Source: an uncultured candidate division Zixibacteria bacterium | GTDB taxonomy: Bacteria > Zixibacteria > MSB-5A5 > GN15 > FEB-12 | Direction of reading: 5' to 3' | Length of the DNA: 64,000 nt | Assembly: GCA_963735035.1 (NCBI GenBank) | Contig: CAVTJJ010000002.1 | Span: 64,001-128,000, forward strand | In this document: one piece after another, positions 1-8,652 of the stretch | Layout of the letters: each line of letters opens with the position of its first letter | Numbering within the stretch: the stretch's first letter is position 1 | Notes under the pieces: model-generated | The model's database searches: none | What the model saw: only the letters and a program-made list of their open reading frames with translations | What the model was told of the DNA's origin: nothing | Position numbers and translations under genes: made by a program

Positions 1-8
1 GACTCGCC

Positions 9-1082
9 GTGATGGCGTTCGGTTTGATTCGATCTCTCGTCGATGCCTGGTATGCTGGCGCTCGGGCCGCATCCCCCAACCGGCTGGTCACACGGAATGC
101 GGTCAGCGTGGTTTTTCCCCTGCCTCTGGCCTATCGGGATCAAATTCTCAAAGTGGACGGCATTGAAGACATCACTTATGGCAACTGGTTCGGCGGCATC
201 TACGTGGATCCCAAGAATTTCTTTCAGCAGATCGGCGTGGAACCGGAGTCATTTTTCAGAATCTGGCCGGATTTCGTAATTTCCCCCGATCAAAAGGAGG
301 CGTTTAGAAAGGATCGACGTGGCGCTGTCGTCGGCCAGGCTCTCGCGGATCGTTTTAGCTGGAAGGTCGGCGATCAAATAGCTCTAACCGGAACGATCTT
401 TCCCGGTGACTGGACGTTCGTTATCGACGGCATCTACCACGGCGCCAATCCCGATGTTGACGAGACCACCTTCATATTCAATTTCGCCTGTGTTGACGAA
501 CGAATGAGACAAGATTCGCCGGGGCGAGCTGGTCAGATCGGGTGGTACACACTCAAGATAAGCGATCCGACACGTGCCGCCGAAATCGGCTCTAAGGTAG
601 ACGCCCTCTTCGAAAACTCCTGGGCCGAAACCAAGACCGAGACAGAAAAAGAATTCACTTTGAACTTCATCGAAATGAGTAGTGCCATTATAGTCAGCCT
701 GCGCATAGTCTCTTACCTGATCGTCGGTGTTATATTTCTCGTCCTTGCCAACACGATGGCCATGACGGCGCGCGAGCGAGGCGCCGAGAACGCCTTCATG
801 CGCACGCTCGGATTCCGAGCTCATCACCTGGTCGGCCTGATCCTGGGCGAATCAACGCTGGTGGCAGTGTTCGGGGGACTGGTCGGGACAGGACTCCTTT
901 TGCTCGGCGGCAATTTGGTGGCGACAATGGTGAAGGACTACTTCCCGTCGTTCGCGGTCGCCCCCCCGACCTATATCGCCTGTCTTCTGATCGCGCTGGC
1001 CATCGGCGCGGCGGCGGCAATCTTCCCGGCCGTCCGAACCCTTCGGGTGAACATTGTCGACGGACTTCGAGTGGTCGACTAA
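9..1082 (+). CDS. MacB/FtsX-family ABC transporter permease (probably 5'-truncated by window edge)
   Basis: Periplasmic MacB-like region, then MAMTARERGAENAFMRTLGF motif and three C-terminal TM helices. Confidence 0.85.
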   Translation: MMAFGLIRSLVDAWYAGARAASPNRLVTRNAVSVVFPLPLAYRDQILKVDGIEDITYGNWFGGIYVDPKNFFQQIGVEPESFFRIWPDFVISPDQKEAFRKDRRGAVVGQALADRFSWKVGDQIALTGTIFPGDWTFVIDGIYHGANPDVDETTFIFNFACVDERMRQDSPGRAGQIGWYTLKISDPTRAAEIGSKVDALFENSWAETKTETEKEFTLNFIEMSSAIIVSLRIVSYLIVGVIFLVLANTMAMTARERGAENAFMRTLGFRAHHLVGLILGESTLVAVFGGLVGTGLLLLGGNLVATMVKDYFPSFAVAPPTYIACLLIALAIGAAAAIFPAVRTLRVNIVDGLRVVD

Positions 1083-1101
1083 GCGAAATCGAGGCTTGAA
1101 G

Positions 1102-2262
1102 ATGATTCCTCCGAACTATGCAGTACGAAATATCTCCAAACACAAAGTAACCTCGCTTCTCACGATGGCCGGGCTCAGTCTCGTGGTCTTTGTCTTTGCA
1201 GGGTCTCTGATGTTGTCAAACGGATTGAATGAAACCATGGTGGCAACGGGACAGCCTGACAACGTCTCGTTAATCCGCAAGTCGGCTCAGACGGAAGTCA
1301 TGTCGATCGTGTCGTACGAACAGGCTCAGATAGTCAAGGCGGATCAGGACGTAGCCCGCGACCAGGACGGCAATCCGCTCGTAGCCAGTGAAATATACGT
1401 CCTGATTAGTTTGCCCAAACGTGACACACAGGATGAAGCCAATATCGTTGTACGTGGCGTTGGCCCCACATCCTTCGCGCTTCGCCCGAATGTGAAGTTG
1501 GTCGAGGGTCGAATGTGGACAGATCCCGGCTCGGAAGTCATCGCCGGATTATCGGCTTCGAAACGCTACACCGGCTGTGCCGTGGGTGAAAAGCTGAGAT
1601 TCGGAGCCCGGAATTGGACCGTAGTGGGGATTTTCGAGGCCGGTGGCACAGGCTTTGAATCGGAAATCTGGTGCGATATCAATCAGGCCTCCGATGTCTT
1701 TCGGCGCCCGGTCTATTCATCGTTGTTGGCCCGCCTGACCGACACGACGCGGTTCGAGGCCTTCAAGGCCCGGGTAGAAGCCGACCCGCGCCTGACGCTC
1801 GACGTGAAGCGGGAGAAGGATTACTACGCGGCACAGACGCAGATGTTGGGCACCTTCATCAGTATCACTGGAACGGTCATCAGCATAGTCTTTTCTCTCG
1901 GTGCGATTGTCGGCGCCATGATCACCATGTACGCCGCTGTCGCGAACCGTACCCGGGAAATCGGAACCCTTCGGGCTCTTGGCTTTAACCGTTGGAGTAT
2001 CCTGACCGTCTTTCTCTTCGAATCGCTGTTGATAGCCCTGGCGAGTGGCCTGATTGGGATAGGCGCCGCTTACTTTCTGAATTTCCTGCAAATCTCGACG
2101 ACCAACTGGGGCACCTTCTCCGAAATTGCCTTCAACCTCCAACTTTCGACCGGAATCGTCCTGAAGACCCTGGCGTTTGCCCTGATAATGGGGCTGGTCG
2201 GAGGCTTCCTGCCATCGGTTCGTGCCTCACGGCTCCGCATTGTCGATTCTCTGCGGGGCTGA
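1102..2262 (+). CDS. MacB/FtsX-family ABC transporter permease
   Basis: MYAAVANRTREIGTLRALGF motif, 4 TM topology; ATG at 1102 after GAGG. Confidence 0.88.
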   Translation: MIPPNYAVRNISKHKVTSLLTMAGLSLVVFVFAGSLMLSNGLNETMVATGQPDNVSLIRKSAQTEVMSIVSYEQAQIVKADQDVARDQDGNPLVASEIYVLISLPKRDTQDEANIVVRGVGPTSFALRPNVKLVEGRMWTDPGSEVIAGLSASKRYTGCAVGEKLRFGARNWTVVGIFEAGGTGFESEIWCDINQASDVFRRPVYSSLLARLTDTTRFEAFKARVEADPRLTLDVKREKDYYAAQTQMLGTFISITGTVISIVFSLGAIVGAMITMYAAVANRTREIGTLRALGFNRWSILTVFLFESLLIALASGLIGIGAAYFLNFLQISTTNWGTFSEIAFNLQLSTGIVLKTLAFALIMGLVGGFLPSVRASRLRIVDSLRG

Positions 2263-2342
2263 TAGGTCTGTGCGCCGTTGACAGATAGCTGTCGTGCGAG
2301 TCGCACGTCCGGAGTGTGCGGCTCAATCAGGACGTTTTTGAT

Positions 2343-2393
2343 GTCTCATCCATGAGACTTTTCTTGACATTTTGGTCCAAATGGTTGTATAAT
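2343..2393 (+). promoter_or_regulatory. Consensus sigma70 promoter with upstream palindrome, driving the RiPP cluster
   Basis: TTGACA (2364-2369), 18 bp spacer, TATAAT (2388-2393); inverted repeat GTCTCAT-CC-ATGAGAC at 2343-2358. Confidence 0.7.
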
Positions 2394-2781
2394 CACCAAA
2401 GAGTTGCGGAATTTGCGGTGGTACGACTTCTCGCCTATACACCCCGCATAGATTTACTTAATTCGTTCTGACCGTTTACGGTATCCGTCATCGGGGGTCA
2501 GACAAATGCATCCAGCGGACTGCTTCGCCCAACTCAGAACAAGAAGTGGTTGCTGGATATGTCTGACTTTATCAGAACCTGGTCAAGAGTCTCCTTCACT
2601 GCCGGAACTAATTCCATTGACGGCTTCTGCCTCCAGCAATTACCACCCTTCTGCTTCCTAACAAACAAGACAGATTATCCCGAAGCGCGGGCTAAGACTT
2701 CGCTTCCGCATGATGCGGTGTGCGAGGTATTGGCGCCGCAAACCGCCCAGTGGGCCTCACACCCTTTCACGGAGGTTCGTG

Positions 2782-2886
2782 ATGATTTTCTTGATTGAGC
2801 CGAACTCAATCCGTCCCCCCTTCTGCCACAAGTGCTCCTTGTTCTGCAGCAAGGAAATTGGACTGTACGGCATTGACCCGACCTAA
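2782..2886 (+). CDS. RiPP precursor peptide 1, MIFLIEPNSIRPPFCHKCSLFCSKEIGLYGIDPT (34 aa)
   Basis: Translated by hand; GGAGG RBS at 2771; paralogous to precursors 2 and 3; below ORF-track cutoff. Confidence 0.9.
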   Translation: MIFLIEPNSIRPPFCHKCSLFCSKEIGLYGIDPT

Positions 2887-2934
2887 TCCGGGTAGATCGC
2901 GAATTCAACTTAATTAGAAGAGTTCGCATGACTT

Positions 2935-2963
2935 GTGAGGGAGCGGTCCTGCCGTTCCCTCAC
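2935..2963 (+). terminator. Stem-loop after precursor 1 (no U-tract; terminator or mRNA-stabilising hairpin)
   Basis: GTGAGGGAGCGG-TCCTG-CCGTTCCCTCAC, 12 bp with one G-U pair. Confidence 0.55.
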
Positions 2964-3092
2964 CCTGATAACTATGAGTAAGTTGCATTGATACTGTACC
3001 ATCTGGGATGGGTCACGACTGAAGAGCAATTTCAGACGTGAGCTTCCCAGCTAATCGGCCACATGGCCCGCACCCTCACATGGAGGTCCGTG

Positions 3093-3188
3093 ATGATCTT
3101 TTTGATTGAGCCGAATTCGGTTAACCCGCCGAACTGCACAACCAAGTGCAGTCCGAAGAGATACCCGTTGTATGGTATCGATGTTTGA
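3093..3188 (+). CDS. RiPP precursor peptide 2, MIFLIEPNSVNPPNCTTKCSPKRYPLYGIDV (31 aa)
   Basis: Translated by hand; GGAGG RBS at 3082; conserved leader and LYGI motif. Confidence 0.9.
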   Translation: MIFLIEPNSVNPPNCTTKCSPKRYPLYGIDV

Positions 3189-3205
3189 TGAGTGCTTTTG
3201 AGTAC

Positions 3206-3232
3206 GCGGGGAACGGCCCAGCCGTTCCCCGC
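3206..3232 (+). terminator. Stem-loop after precursor 2
   Basis: GCGGGGAACGGC-CCA-GCCGTTCCCCGC, perfect 12 bp. Confidence 0.55.
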
Positions 3233-3366
3233 CTCTAGAATCCGAAGACATTTGATTTAGGTAGAAGCAACTCCGGAACGAGTCACGATTGAGCCAATGG
3301 TTTCAAGATTGGCTTGGCCCGGCTAACCGGCCCAAAAGGCCTGAACCAACCATAGGAGGTTTTTCA

Positions 3367-3468
3367 ATGATCTTCTTAATCGAACCGAACACGGTCAATC
3401 CGCCTTGCGTCGTTAAAGTTTGTGCGAGAATTGTACCGCTCTACGGCATCAAGCCGATCGAGATCTGA
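3367..3468 (+). CDS. RiPP precursor peptide 3, MIFLIEPNTVNPPCVVKVCARIVPLYGIKPIEI (33 aa)
   Basis: Translated by hand; AGGAGG RBS at 3354; conserved leader and LYGI motif. Confidence 0.9.
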   Translation: MIFLIEPNTVNPPCVVKVCARIVPLYGIKPIEI

Positions 3469-3509
3469 TCTCGGTAGCTGATTTCTACCGATCTCGGTAG
3501 ATAAGCTGT

Positions 3510-3542
3510 CGTTAGGGAGAACGATCTTCGTTCTCCCTAACG
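3510..3542 (+). terminator. Stem-loop between precursor 3 and the maturase genes
   Basis: CGTTAGGGAGAACGA-TCT-TCGTTCTCCCTAACG, perfect 15 bp. Confidence 0.6.
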
Positions 3543-3569
3543 CTGAATACAACATTTAGTGCGACCAGT

Positions 3570-4925
3570 ATGCTGACTTTATCTTCATATAATTACTTCG
3601 CCCCCTGGCACGACGGTTATTTCCTTGCGTACAATGCCCGTTCGGGAGCAGTTGCACTGCTCAACGAAGAGAATCAACGAACCTTTCAGGTACTGCTTCA
3701 AAAGATTAGCGACCATCAGACGGAACAACTTAACCCTGAAGAGCAGGAGTTGTTGAAACAACTGCAGTATGGCAAGTTCGTTCACACGGTCGAACCGCCT
3801 GAAATCGACGTATTGAAGTTCGAAAGCCAGCGCGCCAGGTACGACATGACCTCGCTGGGGCTTGTCATCGCCCCCACCATGGCCTGCAACATGGCCTGCA
3901 CGTATTGTTATGAAAGTTCGCGCGGCGGTCGCATGACAGCGGCGACGATGGACTCGGTGGCGCAACTGATAGAAAAGCAAGCCAGGAGCCTGAAGGATTT
4001 GGCCCTGACATGGTATGGCGGCGAACCCCTCCTGGCCATGAACATCATAGAAGATTTGACTTCAAGGATCCTCCGTCTGACGGAACAATACGAAATCAAG
4101 TACACCTCGGCCATTATTACCAACGGCTATCTCCTGGATAAAGAGACCGTCGATCGTTTGCGACAGCTCCACGTGACTGCCGCCCAGGTCACTCTTGACG
4201 GCCCGGCTGCAATTCACAATCGCAAACGGCCCCTTGTGAATGGCCGACCTTCATTTGACACTATCGTTGAGAACTTGAAGTATGCGACCACGAAACTCGG
4301 GATAGGCATCCGAGTCAACGTCGACAAGGAATTCTCACTGGACACAATCGGTCAATTGCTTGATGAACTGGACGGCGCAGGGCTTCGTGATCGTCTGGGC
4401 GTACATTTCGCCCTGATGGAGCCCGCCACGACCGTGTGCTCCAATATCAGTGAAAATTGCTATGATACGGCCGGATTTTCAGCCGTCGAGACCGAATTCT
4501 ATACCCTGCTCCTGGAGCGGGGCTTCCGAATAGAGAAACTCCCGTCACCCATGATGGTGGCCTGCATGGCGCAACTGGTTAATGCCTATGTGGTGGACCC
4601 CGACGGTGACCTGTACCGGTGCTGGAATTACATCGGCGACAAGTCGCACGCCTGCGGCAACATCGCCCAGGAACTTAACCCCGTGCACCCCGAGTTCATG
4701 CGCCTGTTCTCCTTTGATCCCTTTGAAGATAACAAGTGCCGCGAATGTAACGTTTTGCCTCTTTGCCAGGGCGCGTGTCCGTCGCGACGCTTTGACCGTA
4801 ATGTCACAGCCGATCAGCAGTGTGAAAGCTGGCGGTACAACTTGGAGCCGATGCTCGACCTGATCGCCCGGTCGCGCTGGCGGCAAATGCAAAACGCCAA
4901 CCAGGAAGCGAAGAAACCAGTATGA
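3570..4925 (+). CDS. Radical SAM/SPASM peptide maturase with N-terminal RRE-like domain (Clo7bot/Cys-rich-peptide maturase type)
   Basis: ~90 aa N-terminal extension (SSYNYF...LAYNARSGAVA...LLKQLQYGKFV), CNMACTYC, WYGGEPLL, SPASM cysteines (CMA...GDLYRC...CRECNVLPLCQGACP...C). Confidence 0.9.
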   Translation: MLTLSSYNYFAPWHDGYFLAYNARSGAVALLNEENQRTFQVLLQKISDHQTEQLNPEEQELLKQLQYGKFVHTVEPPEIDVLKFESQRARYDMTSLGLVIAPTMACNMACTYCYESSRGGRMTAATMDSVAQLIEKQARSLKDLALTWYGGEPLLAMNIIEDLTSRILRLTEQYEIKYTSAIITNGYLLDKETVDRLRQLHVTAAQVTLDGPAAIHNRKRPLVNGRPSFDTIVENLKYATTKLGIGIRVNVDKEFSLDTIGQLLDELDGAGLRDRLGVHFALMEPATTVCSNISENCYDTAGFSAVETEFYTLLLERGFRIEKLPSPMMVACMAQLVNAYVVDPDGDLYRCWNYIGDKSHACGNIAQELNPVHPEFMRLFSFDPFEDNKCRECNVLPLCQGACPSRRFDRNVTADQQCESWRYNLEPMLDLIARSRWRQMQNANQEAKKPV

Positions 4926-6064
4926 GCGATTTCAAATTCTTTCCGCACTACGTAGTCTGGGAGACTACTTTTGCCTGCAACATGCGTTGTGTTCACTGCG
5001 GCACGTCCGCGGGCAAGCAACGCCCGGATGAACTTACCACCAAAGAGTCACTCGCCCTGATCGATGAACTGGCTGATCTGGGCACGGCGCACCTGGTTCT
5101 TTCCGGTGGCGAGCCGCTGCTTCGCAAAGACTGGCGCGAGTTGACCAGGAGATCCAAACAGCGTGGCATCGGCACCTACATGATCACCAATGCCTTCGCC
5201 ATTACCCCCCAGATTGTCGACGACATGCTGGCCGCCGGGATGGACAAGATCGGCATCAGTTTTGACGGCACCGAGAAGACTCATAACTATATCCGCCAGC
5301 GCGATGACAGCTATGCCAAAGTCATCAACGCGTTCAAGTGGTGCAACGAACGTAAACTGAGATTCCAGGCGGTGTCGCAGATCTCCAATATCAACATCGG
5401 CGAAATGGATCAGATGCGCCAGATTCTGATCGACAACGGCGCCGTCGATTGGCGCATCCAGATGACCACGACCACCGGTCGCATGCGCGGCCTGAGCGAC
5501 ATGGTCCTGTCTATTCCCAACTACACAAAGTTGATCGATAAGTGCATCGAATTCCGCAATCTCGACGGCGTGAAGATCGATCCGGGCGAAAACATCGGCT
5601 ACTTCGGCTGTAAGGGTACCGAACTTATCGACGGCGGCATTTATCTCGGCTGCTACGCCGGCACCAGAGTCGCCGGAGTGGAGTCCAACGGCAACATCAA
5701 GGGATGCTTGTCGATGCAGGAAGACTTTGTCGAAGGCAACATCCGCGATTCCTCGTTCACGGAGATTTGGAATCGGCCCGACGCTTTCGCCTACAATCGC
5801 CAGTTCACCCGCGAGACGGCCGGTGGACCGTGCCGTAAGTGCCATTATCTTCCGTTGTGCCGGGGCGGCTGCACCACGACTTCGTTTGCACAAACAGGTG
5901 AACGAGCCAACAACCCGTACTGCATTCATCGCATTGAGCTCGAAAAAGGTATACAGGCGCCGCCGGATGAACCATATATTGCGGAAATACTGGCGCGGTT
6001 CGAACCACCTGAGGCCGTAGTGACCGATGCTACGCCGCGCTCGACGCCTGATATACCGTCATAG
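4922..6064 (+). CDS. Radical SAM/SPASM enzyme, PlpX-like splicease candidate
   Basis: YVVWETTFACNMRCVHCG, WRIQMTTTTGR, PGENIGYFG, GCYAG...GVESNGNIKGCLSM, LCRGGCT...NNPYCIHR; no N-terminal RRE; 4-nt overlap with upstream gene. Confidence 0.8.
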   Translation: MSDFKFFPHYVVWETTFACNMRCVHCGTSAGKQRPDELTTKESLALIDELADLGTAHLVLSGGEPLLRKDWRELTRRSKQRGIGTYMITNAFAITPQIVDDMLAAGMDKIGISFDGTEKTHNYIRQRDDSYAKVINAFKWCNERKLRFQAVSQISNINIGEMDQMRQILIDNGAVDWRIQMTTTTGRMRGLSDMVLSIPNYTKLIDKCIEFRNLDGVKIDPGENIGYFGCKGTELIDGGIYLGCYAGTRVAGVESNGNIKGCLSMQEDFVEGNIRDSSFTEIWNRPDAFAYNRQFTRETAGGPCRKCHYLPLCRGGCTTTSFAQTGERANNPYCIHRIELEKGIQAPPDEPYIAEILARFEPPEAVVTDATPRSTPDIPS

Positions 6065-6145
6065 CAGACAGACTATAATGCCACTTCGGAACTGTCACGA
6101 CGTCAGACTTCTTTGCACACCCGGTTCCGGGTCAGGTGTATCGGA

Positions 6146-7903
6146 ATGACCAGTCTGATCGCCAAGTTCGGACGATTGTGGGGTTACATTCGTCCGTATC
6201 GTTATCACCAGGCGCTGATGCTCCTGGTGATGGCTATCCTGGCCGTCCTGGTCATAGCCTTGCCGGCGGCGATCCAGTACATGATCGACACCCTGATCCC
6301 GGGGTTGATCGCATCGAGTTCCAACGGGTTCAATTTCCGGCCGCTCGTTCTCTTCTGCCTCTTCCTGGTATCGGTATATCTTGCAGACATATTCTTCGCC
6401 TGGGTGAGGGACTACCTCTCAGGCTACATCGGCGCCCGCATCATTCGCGACCTTCGCTCCCAGCTCTTCGCGCATCTCGAACGCCTGTCGCTGAAGTTCT
6501 TCCAGGAACACCGGGTGGGAGAAGTGATGTCGCGGCTGCTTTCTGATGTCGGCCGTGTGCAGGACTTGTTGTCTTCCACGCTCATGGCCTTGATCACCCA
6601 GGCCCTCATGCTGGCCGCGATCCTCGCATACCTTCTGTCGATCAACTGGATGCTCACTCTGGTCGCTGTGATACCGGTTCCGCTTTCGATCATCTTGACT
6701 AATGCGTACGGCATCCGCTTGAATTTCCTCGCCCGGCTCATTCAGGAGACCCAGGCCGCTCTCTCGGGCCGTCTTCAGGAATCCCTGATGTCGGTCAAGA
6801 CCATCAAGGCGTTCGGCCAGGAAGACCGGGAAAAGAAGAAGTTGGACGACGTCCTCGAGACGCTCACCCACGTGCTGGTCAAGAACAGTTGGATGAATTC
6901 GCTGGCCGTCAACGTGGTCAATTTCTTCAACCAGATCGGCCCGATCGTGGTCCTGGCATGGGGCGTTTATCTGGTAGTGGCGGGCGAGATGAAGATGGGC
7001 CAGTTGATGGGTTTCTACATCCTACTGACTTTCCTTTATTCCCCTATCCAGGGTTTGGCTCAGTCGTTCCTGCAAATCCAGACCGCGATGGCCTCGGTCG
7101 ATCGCGTGTTCGAATACCTGGACATTCCCCCAGCAGTGGTCGAAGACCCAAACCCCGTCACATTGTCGCAATTCAAAGGTGACATTGAGCTCTGTCAGGT
7201 CCGGTTCGTCTACGAAGATTCCCATTTTAGCGTCGATGACTTCTCCTTGTCGATTCATGCCGGTGAAAAAGTTGCGTTCGTGGGGCCTTCAGGCGCAGGC
7301 AAGACCACCATTGCCAACCTGATCCTCAGGTTCTATGACCCCGACCGCGGGCAGATAACTCTGGATGGTGTTGATCTTCGAAGGCTCCCAATCAAATTCC
7401 TTCGCGACCAGATCGCCCTCGTAGATCAGGACCCGCTGTTGTTCAAGGGAAGCATTCGAGAAAACATCGCCTACGGCCGACCTGAGGCGACTCAGGACGA
7501 AGTCGAAGCGGCCGCCCGGGTGGCAAACATCCATGAATTCATCATGTCACTTCCGCGGGGGTACGAGGCTGAAATTGGCGAGCGCGGCGTGACCGTATCG
7601 GGCGGCGAGAAACAGCGCCTCTGCCTGGCACGGGCGATTTTGACTGATCCGAAGATTCTCATTCTGGACGAAGCCACGTCGGCGCTCGACTCGATGTCGG
7701 AACGATTGATTCAGGATTCACTTGCGAAGATTCTAAAGGGCAAGACGGCGATCATTATCGCTCATCGCCTCGCGACGGTCCAGAATGCCGACCGGATCGT
7801 GGCGCTTGAGTCCGGCCGCATAGTAGATCAGGGCACGCACGACGAGCTGACCGCCCGCTGCCCGCTCTATCGTGACCTCGCCGCGAAACAGTTGTTGGTT
7901 TAA
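6146..7903 (+). CDS. ABC exporter (fused TMD+NBD, MsbA/Sav1866 type, no C39 peptidase domain)
   Basis: 6 TM region, Walker A GPSGAGKT, signature VSGGEKQR, Walker B ILILDEATS. Confidence 0.92.
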   Translation: MTSLIAKFGRLWGYIRPYRYHQALMLLVMAILAVLVIALPAAIQYMIDTLIPGLIASSSNGFNFRPLVLFCLFLVSVYLADIFFAWVRDYLSGYIGARIIRDLRSQLFAHLERLSLKFFQEHRVGEVMSRLLSDVGRVQDLLSSTLMALITQALMLAAILAYLLSINWMLTLVAVIPVPLSIILTNAYGIRLNFLARLIQETQAALSGRLQESLMSVKTIKAFGQEDREKKKLDDVLETLTHVLVKNSWMNSLAVNVVNFFNQIGPIVVLAWGVYLVVAGEMKMGQLMGFYILLTFLYSPIQGLAQSFLQIQTAMASVDRVFEYLDIPPAVVEDPNPVTLSQFKGDIELCQVRFVYEDSHFSVDDFSLSIHAGEKVAFVGPSGAGKTTIANLILRFYDPDRGQITLDGVDLRRLPIKFLRDQIALVDQDPLLFKGSIRENIAYGRPEATQDEVEAAARVANIHEFIMSLPRGYEAEIGERGVTVSGGEKQRLCLARAILTDPKILILDEATSALDSMSERLIQDSLAKILKGKTAIIIAHRLATVQNADRIVALESGRIVDQGTHDELTARCPLYRDLAAKQLLV

Positions 7904-8130
7904 TCGATAGATGCCATGCGGACACCGTGCCCGGCAGATGTCCACATCTGCCGCGTTAGAAGATTCATCCGGTACCCCACAGCTTGCTACGGATTGTCTT
8001 AAATTGATCGGCAGGGTTCCACCCCTGCCGTATGACTGGTTGGCCCAGCTGCTTGCAGGTGGGTTGAAGACCGGGTGGTCCATCAGTGTGACCAGATCAT
8101 GGGCACCGCACTATTCCTCCATCTACTAAT

Positions 8131-8652
8131 CTACGGACTCACGCTGGGCAATTTCTCGAACGTGTATCTTCTGCCGCTATCAGGATCATCCACGTAGAAG
8201 AACAGCCGAAGTGGACCAAAATTGAGATCCATCAACCCATACGACATGTAAATGTTGACTACGCACCGGTCCACATGGTCGTTCAACTGCTCAAAATCAA
8301 GTTCAACAGAAGACCGTTCACTGGCCTTCGTGATCAGAGACCATGTTCCAAAACCTGAGATTGATCGCGCGCTATCAAGAGTAAGTGGTAGAAGGATCGA
8401 GGGGAGATGCTCCGCTCTGAATTTTCCATCTCCCCTAATCTCGATTAGTGGCTCCTCCGTCAAGAACAAAGTATCGCCGAATGGCAGAACGACGAAATTG
8501 GACGTCTCTTTTGAGGGCATCCACATACCAATGATCTGACTCTTGTCAGGGGAGCCGCATCCTATCACCACGATTCCTGAAATCGCTATTGCGGAAAAAT
8601 GGGCGCGATACGATTGAATATCCATATGTTCTTTCCTTACCGACACTCGCAC
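8131..8652 (-). CDS. Hypothetical lipoprotein-like protein
   Basis: Hydrophobic stretch ending VVIGC; no recognised domain. Confidence 0.55.
   Translation of the reverse strand: MRVSVRKEHMDIQSYRAHFSAIAISGIVVIGCGSPDKSQIIGMWMPSKETSNFVVLPFGDTLFLTEEPLIEIRGDGKFRAEHLPSILLPLTLDSARSISGFGTWSLITKASERSSVELDFEQLNDHVDRCVVNIYMSYGLMDLNFGPLRLFFYVDDPDSGRRYTFEKLPSVSP

Noticed and set aside
9..2262. MacB-type permeases as part of the RiPP cluster
   Set aside because: Common transporter pair separated from the cluster by its own strong promoter; no evidence of linkage
2506..2661. 51-aa ORF MHPADCFAQ... as a fourth precursor
   Set aside because: Lacks the MIFLIEPN leader and LYG motif; overlaps a long hairpin
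2550..2798. 82-aa ORF in the track, and antisense ORFs 2675-2929 and 3051-3251
   Set aside because: No RBS or recognisable features; they overlap the real precursor genes in other frames
3005..3075. c-di-GMP-I riboswitch suggested by GGTCACG
   Set aside because: No GGCAAACC / GNRA / GACGCAAAGC core arrangement
2770..3470. Repeats as a CRISPR array
   Set aside because: Units ~290 bp apart, divergence is synonymous and codon-structured, no cas genes
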